This document shows, one piece after another, positions 15,625 through 29,710 of a stretch of DNA of 64,000 nucleotides (position 1 is its first letter; each line of letters opens with the position of its first letter). The translations under genes and the position numbers were made by a program. The notes beneath the pieces are model-generated. The model was not told where the DNA came from. It saw nothing but the letters and a program-made list of their open reading frames with translations, and did not search any database. The DNA comes from Bugula neritina (taxonomy: Eukaryota; Animalia; Bryozoa). The stretch spans positions 29,638,640 through 29,702,639 of the forward strand of contig OZ037766.1 in NCBI GenBank assembly GCA_964035545.1. The letters run 5' to 3'.

Positions 15625-15661
15625 GGTTTTCGCTTTTTAATAAAGAAGAATGGGGATTCCC
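15625..15661. promoter_or_regulatory. Candidate IRF-like and NF-kappaB motifs upstream of TRIM copy A
   Basis: GGTTTTCGCTTTT (minus strand AAAAGCGAAAACC) at 15625-15637 and GGGGATTCCC at 15652-15661, about 0.5 kb upstream of the ATG. Motif match only. Confidence 0.45.
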
Positions 15662-16337
15662 TTTTACTTTTAGCACTCGATTCTTTTCATCTATACCAAC
15701 ATATTGAGTCTTTTGTTGGCCAGTAGCTTTATGCTGCTGCAGTCACATTTGCCCTTTTTAATGAGCCGTAAAATCTTTACGGTGTATGCTAAAAGTTGCA
15801 TTGTTCTTATTATAATATAACACATAATCCAAATGCTGTTCAATATTATTTTTAGAGCATAGCCTTTGGAAGCTTTGAAAACAACTGATTGACGATTGGA
15901 AAAAAACTTGCAGTGGCAGCTCAGTTCAATTGCTCAGTCACCAGCAAAATGCCGGCTATATCCAATATTCTCTATTCAGCACTGAATCAATAGATCCTAT
16001 TATAGTTTAACAATATAGTGTATGTAGCAATACCAATAACTGCTTTTTGAAACAGGGTAGAACTATAATTCGATTTCATTATAAGCTTTGACACAAACCC
16101 CTCAACACACTTTAATGTATAGATATTATACATACAGCGTTGACAGCAGAGAAGCTTTTACAAGATGGCCGAGGCAGCACTTTCTCCACAGCAACATCCA
16201 CCACTAGCAGAAGACTATGAATGTGGTTACTGTCTACAGACTCTGGTGAATATGGTGGACCCCAGGAGACTACCATGTTCTCACTCCTTCTGTTTACCTT
16301 GTCTACAGGATGGGATGAGAGATGCAGAGTCTTCAGA

Positions 16338-16670
16338 ATGTATAACTTGTGGGTGAGTTTACTGAGGGTATCACTTGTGGGTGAGATTATTGAGTATATA
16401 ACTTGTGGGTGAGATTATTGAGTGTACAACTTGTGGGTGAGTTTATTGAGGGTATCACTTGTGGGTGAGTTTATTGAGGGTATCACTTGTGGGTGAGTTT
16501 ATTGAGTGTATAACTTGTGGGTGAGTTTATTGAGGGTATAACTTGTGATGAGTTTATTGAGTGTATAACGTGTGGGTGAGTTTATTGAGGGTATCACTTG
16601 TAGGTGAGTTTATTAAGGGTATAACTTGTGGGTGAGTTTATTGAGGGTATAACTTGTGGGTGAGTTTATA
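16338..16670 (+). repeat. 28-bp splice-donor minisatellite (about 12 units), intron 1 of TRIM A
   Basis: Unit GTGAGTTTATTGAGGGTATCACTTGTGG; GTGAG recurs every 28 nt from 16353. Confidence 0.95.
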
Positions 16671-17240
16671 ATTAAGGGTGTGTGTGAATAATTTTAATTA
16701 GTATATAATTTTTGGGTAAGGCTACATACTGTATATAGTCATAATATGTAATATAGTTTGTTCAAAATAAGCAGCCCAGCCATATAATATATAAGTTGAG
16801 AGTGGAAAGGCTTTCTTGCTCACAATTCGTTTCAACTCTTTCGGTGGCTACAGCTTCGAGAAGTGAAGATGCAATGCTGTTTACATCATGAGTAACTAAA
16901 TGTAGCTCTTTCATACTAGATTGGGGTAGACAATGTATCTAAATATTGTAAATACAAGCTGCAACTTTTATCAAATGTTGAAAAACTTTATATTTGACAA
17001 CTTATATAATAGTTTTAATTTTGTTATTTCAGTGATAAACATTTATATACTTACCAAAATAATAATGGTTAAAAGCATAAGAATATTTTACACACTTTGA
17101 TTTCACATTTCAAAGTAGGATGATGGCTAAAAATACTCGGTGCAGTTTGATGAATTAAGGCTTCTTATAAGTTATTATTATTTGCATATACTACAGGCTT
17201 TGGCAAAGTGTTATACAATCTCACAATGATTATACAATGT

Positions 17241-17458
17241 ATCAACAGTTTACACAGCATCTCAACAGTTTACACAGCATATCAACAGTTTACACAGCAT
17301 CTCAACAGTTTACACAGCATATCAACAGTTTACACAGCATCTCAACAGTTTACACAGCATATCAACAGTTTACACAGCATCTCAACAGTTTACACAGCAT
17401 ATATCAACAGTTTACACAGCATATCAACAGTTAATACAGCATATCAACAGTTAATACA
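17241..17458 (+). repeat. 20-bp minisatellite (ATCAACAGTTTACACAGCAT)n, about 11 units, intron 1 of TRIM A
   Basis: Direct inspection; homologous arrays occur in copies C, D and E. Confidence 0.95.
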
Positions 17459-19343
17459 AAGTATTAATGTCTCAATGATAACATCTGCTTTGTCAACTTT
17501 TGATTTTAGTCAGAGTTGTGATGAGCAGAACTTAGAATCTCTACCAAAAGCAACTTTTGAGGTAACTGCCACAGCTGGAGAGGAAGCAGAGATATCTGCA
17601 GATGATTTCACTACAACTCCTTGTGATATATGCGAGGGAGACAACTTCTGTCTTGCTATCTGTCACTGTACTGAGTGTGACAAATTTCTCTGCAGACGTC
17701 ATTTGAAAGTGAGTGAGAGAAGTCAATAACTTAGTGATTGCATAATATATATAAAATTGCGTATATAGACAATAGAGCATAACAAAGTTTATTTAAAATT
17801 TCAGATTACATAATGTATTTTGTACATTTTACAAACATATCTTGCGTATTGTAAATTTTATATTCCGCATATTATAATCGGTATAATTTCTATATTTCTA
17901 AAACAAAAAATAATATTTTGTTGCAAAAACTAGCTATAAGTCAAGGCTGTAGTATAGTTTATACATTACATAATAAATAATTTTAAATAATGAATAATAG
18001 TGTAAACTTAGCAGGTAATGAATTCAACAATTTAAAAACATTAAATTGCTTATTTATTTTTGAGCATTTGAAATGATATATTTTTATAAAACATTTTACT
18101 ATACATAGTTGTCATGTGAATTATGTATGTTATCTTGATTAAATCTGCAATGACTTTATTTGCAGTATTTTGTATTTGTATTTCCCACATCTGAAAATGA
18201 GTTGAAGTAGTCAAAAAGTTATTAATTACATATTACATGGATTTGCGTGCTAAGCATTATTTGAAATATCATACTACAATCTTCGTAATGAATTATATAT
18301 GTTGTAATTTTATATTATAAATATTAAATAGCTAATTATAATATAATCAATATGGTTTTTATGTTTTAAAAGCAAAACATTGCTGTTGCAACAACTTCAT
18401 ATCTATCAATCAAATAAACAGTTTTAAATAAAACCTTGAATGCTAGTAATAAATTTAATGACAATTATTTTAGCAACACGATAAGTCAATGAAGTTTCTG
18501 AAACAAGTTCACACAACGGTGAAGATGGAGAAGTACGTAAAGCCTGTGAAGGTAGAGCTGGAGATGTGTGTAAAGCATGAGAGTGAGAAACTTGAACATG
18601 CATGTGACCTATGTCGTAAGACATTCTGTAGACAGTGCGAGACGTATGGGCAGTGTACAAGTACGTAATTTTATTATCATATGTAATAATACAATAACAT
18701 GGTAACTCTTGAATTTTGCAAATATATTAATTATTATCTGCATGCTTAAATAGCAAAACAACCAAAACTTCAGCTAATTGGTGAAACAAAAGATAATGGG
18801 GAAGCACAACATCACAAAATAAGAGGGATAGAGCAGCTAGCTGAGATGTTGAGAAAAGAGACACGAAAAGCCATGGAGTCAGTTTCTGACAAGATAACTG
18901 AGTTATATGAACTGGAGAAAAAAGCTTGGGGTGATCTAGATGACATTGAGGTGAAGGTCAGCGAGATGGTCCAGGAAGTGGAGAAAATTACAGCTACTCA
19001 GGTTAGATATATGTTTCACATTCAAAATCATAGTAATGGATAATAAATAAATAAATAATTATTCCATATATAATATATTTTAAAACTATTTGAATTAGGT
19101 TTGAATTGTCAATCGCACCGTGTAAAGTTAATAAGCCGTAATTCATTATAAAACTTTAGTTTTGCAGTTATACTGTACAGGCTTTTGCTTTTGTTGCAAT
19201 TTAGTTGCTACAATAACAGTGGGAAGAAGCTGCTATACTAATTACAAGTAAATTGAAGCTAATATACAAATATCAACAGCAAGTAGCCATACATCTCCCT
19301 CTTCTTTCCCTCTCCTCTTCCTTTGCCTACTTCCCCCCACCCC

Positions 19344-19616
<273 letters not shown>

Positions 19617-22600
19617 TTCATCATTTTATTATAATTAAAAAACTTAATGTTAAACTGTGTTTTTGCAGATCATAAGAATAAAAGATAAATCTAAAGCTAT
19701 TATTGAAAATATCAAACAGTATTTAGAAAGCAACACAGGAAAGGTAGAAGATTATACCTGTAATTTAGCTAAGAAAAAAGATGAGCTGCAGCAATTATAT
19801 GATTCCACAAACCATTCGGTTGTTTACAGCAGAAATGCTAAATTGATTAGAAAGACAGATGATGACATTAAGTCATTGAAGCTTGCCAGTCAAACTAAAG
19901 CACCGTAGTTTCTACTAACTAAGAAAAAGCTTTATCCTCACGGTAATTACAGTCTTTCCCTGTTATACAGTTATCTAGATGGCTACATGTGCTGGACGTG
20001 TTTCATATTTGAAGTTTGTTCATATGCCAATTAATATTTTGACGAAAATTTGTTTAGCAATTTATTTTAAAAACAAATGTGCATATCCTAATCATCCTTT
20101 TGTATTGAAAGGCTAAAACTTTATACAAAATTAAATGACAATTTTCACATAATGATAATTTGTGGTTTCTATAGCTATTTTATTGAGTCAATTTTGGGAT
20201 GAAATTTTTTACATCTTAATAAATTGTACTATATGGAATGAGGATTTGATTAAATACACAAATTAGCATTTTGTAGAAGTAAAAGAAGATTTACCGAGAC
20301 GGTTTCTTACAGCAGAAACACCAATGTCTTTGGCCACCAGTGTTTCGGACTTTACTAAAACTGTACAATGGACTTCAAGAAAAGAGTTACTTGTATGCAG
20401 TAATCATCTAACTACTTATGATAGAAATCTAAGCAGAATTTATTCCAAGTCCGTATCCAACTGTTGTGCTGCGATGGAGGCTTCAAATGAATATCTAGTT
20501 GTAGTCAGGAAAAGTCAGTCAGTAAACATCAGCGTTGACAAATACTCTCAAAGTCTTCAAATGCAATTTACTGTAACCAGCATCCCTGAGAAGAGTAATT
20601 CTTTATACTTATCATGGACATATGATCAGTACAATCAGAGAGTTTTGCAGCTAAATGAACTGACAAAAGAGCTGAGTTTTTGGAGCTGTGATTATCAAGT
20701 TGGCAGTCAAAAACCTGCAGTTAAACTGACCAGCCTAAAGTCACCCAGAAGACTTCACGCTCTACAAGATGGCTGCATCTTAGTGTCGGATTACGCTAAC
20801 AACTCTCTTCACAAGCTGAGGATTGATGGGACACCAGTTTGGTCATGTGAAAAAGTGGACAAGCCGCTCGGTATTGGATTTGACAATGCTAGAAAACTTG
20901 TCTATGTGGCCAGTGAGAATGGATGCATTTATGAGTTATCTGAAAGAGGTATATATGCAGCACTTTTATAAACTATTACACAATGTTAGCAAACAAACTT
21001 GTATAGTGCAATTTGCTACATTAAGTATATGTTATATAATGATTTTTTGTCAAATTTTTTGAAATCTATAAGTGGCTTGAATTAATTTTCACATTGCTAT
21101 GTATATAGTCAGAGTTTGAGTTTCTAATTAGATGAACAAAATGTTAGATGACTGAGTTTTCTTTTTATGGAATATTATGATAGCATGACTTTAGTTTTAG
21201 GCTATGACTATGTCACGATTACAGATTATGACTGAGCTATATTGACTAGACTAGGACTGCATGTAATTGATTAAATTTATATCAGGAGGATAAAAAATTT
21301 CTATGATCATCTTTTTAGTAAATATTGATAATTGGGCACTTTACAATAATTTCAGCTGATGCTATATTTTAGGTGAGATACTGAGACGATTGACTTGTCC
21401 CGGATTTGCTGACGATAATTTCTATGATGTTTCTATTTCTGGAGACTTATTGGCTGTAGCTGCCGGCTATAGAGGAGTCCATATTTTCAATGTGCCTAGA
21501 TAAGACATGAAACATAAACTGAACATTTTATATAAACTAAACTACTTTATAAATCTAAATTCAAACTTTTTGACATTTTTCTTATCAAAAATTATTACAG
21601 GTTTCATTTCAAGCACTTAGCTCATATTGCACATTTTAAAACAGGTGTTTTCTAAAGCTTTTGTTCTATGCTTAATACAAAGCTTATTCATATAAAACTA
21701 GATATAAAAGTTAAATGCTACTATTGTTTGAATGCTTTAGATTTATAGTTTTTGTATCAACAAAATATTGCAACTCTTTAAAAAAGTACTTTAATTTATA
21801 TACCTAATATTATCAGCTGCATAAAAATCAAATTAATTAAGTCCTAAAAACCTTCAACTATGAATAACTAGCTTATGAGATAGATTTAATCAAGATTGCT
21901 TTTCTATTGCAAAGTAGCATCAATCACTCCGCTGATTATGGCTATATATGCCACTGCTCCCTCCCATAGCCAAATTACTTAATAGCTAATGAAAGTTACA
22001 TGAAAATAAATATTCACACCATATATAACAAAGTTAGATATAAATTTTTTCATTTTTACTCTCACCTTGTCTGTGTCCAAAAATCAATTATTCATTATAA
22101 CAAAAGGTTAACACAATGCATAAATAACAAAAAAGGCATTTATTTTGTATCAATAACTTTTATGATAATGAGCTATACAGACTATGCTTCAAGTTGGACT
22201 ATAACAACCATAAACTAGCCCATGTTTTGAGGAACTAGACTTTTGCCTCCAGATAAAATTTGGATACGTGGACTGTACAAAAGAAATGGATTAGTTTGGA
22301 TTGTTTACACAATGCATCTAAATTATCAAGCTCCTATAACAACTTATATGTCAGCTGATTTAAATAGTCATGTTTTAATGAAAAGCACCGCAAGTCGAAC
22401 AGGCCTACCGCACCCTTACTTAATTACAGTTGACTTCTTTTGCAAAATCAGAACTCTATTTGTGTTGCAGAAACAGCTACAGTTAAAGATTTCTCAAGAG
22501 CTGATGTTTTATGAGTATATGAAGGTTTTATGGGGGAGAAGCAGTAAATTAACAATTCGACTAATAGACCAACATAAACATACTAATAAAAGTGTAATTA

Positions 22601-22910
22601 TATAATTTCCAATGCATGTATCTGCATATAGTGCATGTATGTATAGCATAAAAATGATACTGGCAAATCTTAGTATATTAATTAAATACAAAAAATTAAA
22701 AAAAAATTCGAAAAAATGTTGAAAATATATTTTTTCGAATATTTCTATAAAACTGGAAATTATCATATTGCATCTAGCACATACTCACATACTGCATGAA
22801 TGCTGAAGCCTTTTTTATCAATTCTATGCTACGAATGAATGAAAGACAGCAAATTCATAGCTAAGATAAAAGCATAGAAGACAAACTAGTGTATATATAT
22901 AGATATTATA

Positions 22911-23208
22911 CAGACAGACAGACAGACAGACAGGCAGACAGGCAGACAGGCAGACAGGCAGACAGGCAGACAGGCAGACAGGCAGACAGGCAGACAGGCA
23001 GACAGGCAGACAGGCAGACAGGCAGACAGGCAGACAGGCAGACAGGCAGACAGGCAGACAGGCAGACAGGCAGACAGGCAGACAGGCAGACAGGCAGACA
23101 GGCAGACAGGCAGACAGGCAGACAGGCAGACAGGCAGACAGGCAGACAGGCAGACAGGCAGACAGGCAGACAGGCAGACAGGCAGACAGGCAGACAGGCA
23201 GACAGACA
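22911..23208 (+). repeat. (CAGACAGG)n / (CAGA)n satellite, spacer A-B
   Basis: About 300 bp of 4/8-nt periodic repeat. Confidence 0.97.
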
Positions 23209-23754
23209 AAATATTACTGATTTGAATGGCAAAGTTAAAGGGGATTTTTCTTCTTCATAGAGGATTAAAATTGGGTACCCCTATCATTATTGGCACAGGT
23301 GGTTTTTCATCTATACATAAATGTTTATTTTGTTATTAGCAGTTCTATGCTGCTGCAATCACTTTTGTTCTTTTCCATAAAGTGTAAATTTTTCTTGAGT
23401 GCCTGCTAAAGCCTGCATTATTCTCAATAAAATATACATTTAACCCAAATGCTGTTTGATATTTTTGGAGCATAGCCTTCAACACCAACTAATTGGCTAT
23501 TGTGTAAAAATGGTATAATATATTGTATAGCAACAGTTACCGCAAAATGCCGGTTATCCAATATTCTCTATTCAGCACTGAATCAATAGATCCTATTATA
23601 GTTCAACAATATAGTATATGTAGCAATACCAATAACTGCTTTTTAAAACAGTTTAGAACTATAATTCGGTTTCATTATTAACTTTCACACAAACCCCTCA
23701 ACACACTTTAATATAGACATCCTACATCATTGACAGCAGAGAAGCTTTTACAAG

Positions 23755-26004
23755 ATGGCCGAGGCAGCACTTTCTCCACAGCAACATCAACCACTAGCCG
23801 AAGACTATAAATGTGGTTACTGTCTACAGACTCTGGTGAATATGGTAGACCCCAGGAGACTACCATGTTCTCACTCCTTCTGTTTACCTTGTCTACAGGA
23901 TGGGATGGGAGATGCAAAGTCTTCAGAGTGTATCACTTGTGGGTGAGTTTATTGAGTGTATCACTTCTGGATAGGTTTATTCAACATACTGTATGTGATT
24001 TGTGGGTGAGTTTACTTAATACACCTAATCAGTGGGTAGATTTTCTTACTGTATAAAATATGTGGGCCAGTTTATTAAAAGTATATAGTTATTTGTGGGT
24101 AAGTTTACTAATTTAAGAGCGTATAGTTATGACTAGAGTGCAGTATCATCAAAGCAAAGCAGTCCAGTCGTATAATATATTACATTATAAGTTGGTTTAA
24201 AGAAGAATCCTTGCTATCCGCAAATTTGGCCAACCCTTCTGATAGCTGCAGTTCTATGAAGTATTGCTGCAATATTGTTCAGTGTAAATCAGTAGTGAAT
24301 GGAGTAACCCATCTACTGAATTAAAGATCGACAATAAAATCTGTGCTGTTTTCATGAAACTATTGTAAATACGTGGTGTACCCTAACAAAATGGTGAATA
24401 AAAATAAATATAAAAACTTATATAGTTTTACTTCTACAAAATATACCTAAAAACTATTCATATTGTTTAAAAGCCTAAGAATATTTTACACATTTTATAC
24501 ATTTTACTTGTGTACTAAATTAAATAATTATACTTATTTATAAAGAAAGAATCTGTTGATTCGATTAATTTAGGCTGTTCATGTAAATTATTATTTGCTT
24601 GCCTTATGCAGATTTTTGCAAAAGTTTATTATAGGATCTTACAACAAATGTAGATATTCTCAACAATATATAACATTATATCAGTAGAGTCTATAAAATT
24701 GGTCAACTGCTCTAACTGTTGTTTTTAGTCAGAGTTGTGATGAGCAGAACTTAGAATCTCTACCAAAAGCAACTCTCGAGGTAACTGCAAGACAGGAAGT
24801 AGAGATATCTGCAGATAATTTCACTACAACTTCTTGTGATATATGCGAGGGAGACAATTTCTGTCTTGCTATCTGTCACTGTACTGAGTGTGACAAATTT
24901 CTCTGCAGACATCATTTGAAAGTGAGTAGTAAATATGAATAAATTACTATAATTGCACATTACATTAAATTGCATGTTAAAGACCGTAAAGCATGATCTA
25001 ATTTATTTAAAATAACAGATTATATGATTTATGTAGTACATTTTACAAGTGTATCTTGCATAATGTAAATTTTATGTTACATATTACATAATTAACATAA
25101 CCAGTATAGTTTCTATGTTTTTAAAATAAAAGATATTATGTTATTGTTGCAAAAACCAGATATGAATCAAGCACAAAGTTTTCGGTATTTTAGCAACATG
25201 ATGAGTCAAAAAAGTTTTTTAAACAAGTTCACACGATTGTGGAGATGGAGAAGTACGTAAAACCTGTGAAGATAGAACCAGAGATGTGTGCAAAGCATGA
25301 GAATGAAAAACTTGAACATGCGTGTGACCTCTGTCACGAGACGTTCTGTAGACAGTGTGAGACATATGGGCAGTGTGCAGGTACGTAATTTTACTATCAT
25401 ATGAGATGGACACTTTACTTCTGCAAAACATATTTATTATTTCAACTCATCAATAGCAACAGAGCAGAAACTTCAGCTATTTGGTGAAGCAAAAGATAAA
25501 GGGGAAGCACAACACCACAAAATAAGAAGAATAGAACAGCTAGCTGAGATTTTAAAGGAAAAAACACGAAAAGCCATGCAACCAGTTTCTGACAAGATAA
25601 ATGAGTTTTGTAAACTGGAGAAAAGAGCTTGGGTTGATCTAGATGATGTTGAGGTGAAGGTCAGTGAGATGGTCCGGGAAGTGGAGGAAATTACACCTGC
25701 ACAGGTTAGAGATGTCTCACATTCAAGATCATATTTATGAATAATCATCAATTGAATGAGATTTGCATATATATGATATATTTTTGCATTATTGGAAGTA
25801 GGTCTTAATTTCAATGGTATGACATAAAATTAATAAAAAAAAAATCATTGTAAAATTTTAGCTTTACAGTTACACTGTTCCTATTTTTGCATTTATTAAA
25901 ACCTGTTGCATTATTATCAAAAAGAGGCTGCATATACCAATTACAAGTAGCTTTACACCTCTCTCTATCACTCTCTCTATAATCCATCTCCCTAACTTTT
26001 CCGT

Positions 26005-26082
<78 letters not shown>

Positions 26083-29000
26083 CCCTATCGCTAACGTCCA
26101 GTATTTTATAATTTTAAAACTTTATGCTGAACTGTTTTTTCCAGATCACAAGAATAAAAAATGAATCCGAAGCTATACTTGAAGATATTAATCAATATCT
26201 AGAAAGCAGCACAGAAGAGGTGGTCAAATATACCTGTACTTTAGCTGAGAAAAAAGATGGGCTGCAAAACTTATGGGATTCCACAAACCATTCGGTTGTT
26301 CACAGCAGAAATGCTGAATTGATTAGAAAGACAGATAATGACATTATGTCATTAAAGCGAGTCAGTCAAACTCAACCACCTCAGTTTTTATTAGCTAAGA
26401 AAAAACTGTATTCTCTTGGTAATTATACTATTATGGTATTTTCTTCCGCATTTATACGCCTTGTTAATTATACAGTAGGGCGTTAAATTTGTCAAAACTA
26501 TATTACAATTCAACCATTCAACAGCTTTTAGCTGCATTTTCTGTTTTATAAAAGAGTAAACAAGCTAGGTGAAATTTGAAATTTTATTTTTCAAAAAGCT
26601 AGATTAAAGTGTTTAAAAGACCAGCCTTGGAAGCCTGTATTTCTTTAGCGTTTCATTATTAACATTATATGGCAAATAAAATCTAATTTGTACCTCAATG
26701 GATTGAATAAAATAAAAACTATGGAATTTGATTATAGATAGGGTGCACACAAGTAGTTTCATGAAGTAAATATAGGCCTACTTTTTCTGCAATAACTATA
26801 GCAAGCTATTAAAGTTATTGCGGACATTTTTTACTTTATGTAATATTTTCCAACAACATATTAAAACTTTAGTCTATAATTTCAGTTTGCATACAAAGTG
26901 AAACTTTTGTTAAAAAACCAAATTACCTATTTTAATAATTGCTTTGTATCAAATGAAATTTTACACTAAATTAAGTGAGTGACTCTTTTTGTACAATTAT
27001 TCATAACTTTTACTGGCATTTGATTAAGAATTAATTTTGGGATGATATTTTTATTCCACTTGCAAGAATTATAATCAACTTGTCTGTGCTACAGCATCAT
27101 GATTTGATTAGATATACAAATTAGCATTTTGTAGAAGTAAAAGAAGATTTACCGAGCCGGTTTCTTACAGCAGAAACACCAATGACTTTGGCCCGCAGTG
27201 TTTCGGACTTTACTAAAACTGTACAATGGACTTCAAGAGAAGAATTACTTGTATGCAGTAATCATCTAACTACTTATGATAGAAATCTAAGCAGAATTTG
27301 TTCCAAGTCCGTATCCAACTGTTGTGCTGCGATGGAGGCTTCAAATGCATATCTAGTTGTAGTCAGGCAAAATCAGTCAGTAAACATCAGCGTTGAAAAA
27401 TACTCTCAAAGTCTTCAGATGCGATCTACTGTAACCAGCATTCCCGAGAAGAGTGATTCTTTATACCTATCATGGACATATGATCAGTACAATCAGAGAG
27501 TTTTGCAGCTAAATGAACTGACAAAAGAGCTGAAGTTTTGGAGCTGTTTTGGTAGCAGTCAAAACCCTACAGTTAAACTGACCAGCCTAAAGTCACCCAA
27601 AAGACTTCACGCTCTGCAAGATGGCTGCATCTTAGTGTCGGATTACGCTAACAACTCTCTTCACAAGCTTCAGATTACTGGGACACCAGTTTGGTCATGT
27701 GAAAAAGTGGACAAGCCTCTCGGTATTGGATATGATGATGTTAGAAAACTAATCTATGTGGCCAGTGAGAATGGATACATTTACGAGTTATCTAATAAAG
27801 GTATATATGCAGCCCTTCATTAAATTATTACACAAGCTTATCAAACAACTTGGTAGGGGTAAGGGGGGGGCACAACGGGCCGAATTTTGCATTTTTTGCT
27901 CTCATTTGTCTGTTTTTCAAGCTACTAGTTCAATAATCTCCAGTCTTAATGCTACATCTGTTGTCTATTACAGGTACCAGTTTGTTGTTTCTATCTCTCT
28001 CACAACTTTCAGAATAATGAAATTTTCATGACGAAAAAATTGGCCCATTGTGTCCCGGTATACCGGGGTACAATGGGCCACTGGGTGGGACACAACAAAT
28101 ATATTGAAATTTTGCAGATTTTGTTGCATCTGATCTTTATTTATTTAATGTTACAAATAAATAAAGATACTCTTTCAGATCTACAGCAAAATTCATGTTT
28201 AAGCTGTACAGTTTATGCCACTACGGATAGCAAAGGAAGGCAAAATCAAACGCACGTCACTCGGTTCTGCAGTGCCATTATCATTATTGTTTAAAACTAA
28301 AAATGTTTTGTTATTTTTACTTTAGAGCAACGTTTATTAAAAAAAACTTTACTAACATGTATTACAAAATTCTAAGTGAACTTTTTTCAATGAACTGTAG
28401 CTAAGGTGCATGCGTGGCTGAGGTTTGTGACTGGAGTACGGAAGGGAGAGGGGGGAGCAAATGAGCAAATCACAATTTATTTCAGTCAAATGCATGTATA
28501 TTCCCTCAATGGTGTAATATATAATGATTATCATGACTATCTCTTATAGTAGCAACAGCAGAGTGTTTTGTATTATGTATAAAATGGCAAAGCTTTAACC
28601 TCACCAGATGTATGTATTAGGGGAGCTTCAACTTATAGTTTTGTAGTCTTACCATGATGTCTTTGATATTTTACAAAAAGGTCAGAAATGGCTATATCTA
28701 TAGATTTTAGTAACATTTCAACCAACTTTTTGGGCAAACGAACTAATAACAGTGATCAGGGTACAATAATCAGGTGGCCCATTGTGCCCGAGTGGCCAAA
28801 TTGAAAATAAATGTGCCTCAAGGAAAATTTATTTTAGAGTTTGCTGTTATAGTAGCTAAGCAATGTGGAGACAAGCAATGGCAACAATATTAGTAAAATA
28901 TAGGCTTCTTGCCTTTGAGTGTAAAAAGTTATAAAGCTTCAATGACATCTTAGAAATTTTATAAAAAGTAGGCAAATAAAACAGTTTTTCACTCGCCTTT

Positions 29001-29661
29001 TCAACAACTATGTTCCGCAAGTGTTGAAACTACAAAGCCTGAATAATTATGCCAATATCTTTTTATGAAAAAGAAATCACAACTCTAAGTCAATAAGTTC
29101 TTTCACAATTTGGCCGGCTTTTTGTACCCCTATGACCGTTCTGCCCCCCCCCCCCCCTGTTACCCCTATATATAGTGTAATTTACTACAAACTATAATAA
29201 GTAGATACTTTACTATACATTATTTAATGAGTTGATTTTCAAATATATGTTGGTGGGTAGCTTGAATTTTCCCATTGCTATGTATAGTTAGAATTTGAGT
29301 TTCTAACTAGATAAAAAGGGATATATACGAGCAGTTTTTTTTTTCATAGAATGAAGGAATATCACTTTACTATTACATTATGATTATATAGGCTACAAAT
29401 TGATCAAGTGACAAGTTATTGACCAAACTTTTATCAGGAGCAAGCAAAAAATTATATTATCGTGTTTGTCAAAAAATGTAAAGGTTTAAGTACAATTTAC
29501 ACTGCTCTTTTACCCGATGCTGTATTTTAGGTGAGATACTGAGACGATTAACTTGTCGCGGTTTTGCTGACGCTAATTTCTACGATGTTTCTATTTCTGG
29601 AGATTTATTGGCTGTAGCTGCCGGCTATAGAGGGACCCTCATTTTTAATGTACCTCGCTAA
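23755..29661 (+). CDS. TRIM-like E3 ligase copy B (628 aa; RING-HC, two B-boxes, coiled coil, NHL-like beta-propeller)
   Basis: Exons 23755-23942, 24729-24921, 25194-25380, 25457-25704, 26145-26418, 27135-27800, 29531-29661; frame open. Motifs: CGYC..LPCSHSFCLPC..CITC; CDIC..CHCTECDKFLC..H; CAKH..CDLC..FCRQC; NHL-like SPKRLHALQDGCILVSDYANN and KPLGIGYD..LIYVA. Confidence 0.88.
26010..26080 (+). repeat. (CT)n microsatellite in intron 4 of TRIM B
   Basis: About 70-bp CT tract. Confidence 0.95.
27856..29166. mobile_element. About 1.3-kb non-autonomous TIR DNA transposon with TA flanks, inserted in intron 6 of TRIM B
   Basis: TA|GGGGTAAGGGGGGGGCACAACGG ... CCGTTCTGCCCC(n)TGTTACCCC|TA. Absent at the homologous site of copy E (about 52661-52680, aacttggtgtagtgtaattt). 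A related copy lies at 3329-4212. No transposase ORF. Assignment to the Tc1/mariner-pogo group rests only on the TA flanks. Confidence 0.85.
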
Positions 29662-29710
29662 AACATGAAACATTATAAACCTGAACTGCTAGCAAAATTT
29701 ATTCAAGTTC

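Noticed and set aside
17208-17509. QQFTQHINSLHSISTVYTA repeat ORFs fused to the B-box exon
   Set aside because: Intronic 20-bp minisatellite that happens to lack stops; absent in B and F. The conserved acceptor is at 17509.
22243-22605. 120-aa ORF in spacer X
   Set aside because: Non-ATG start, frameshifted in the homologous spacers (38.6 and 46.1 kb), no domain.
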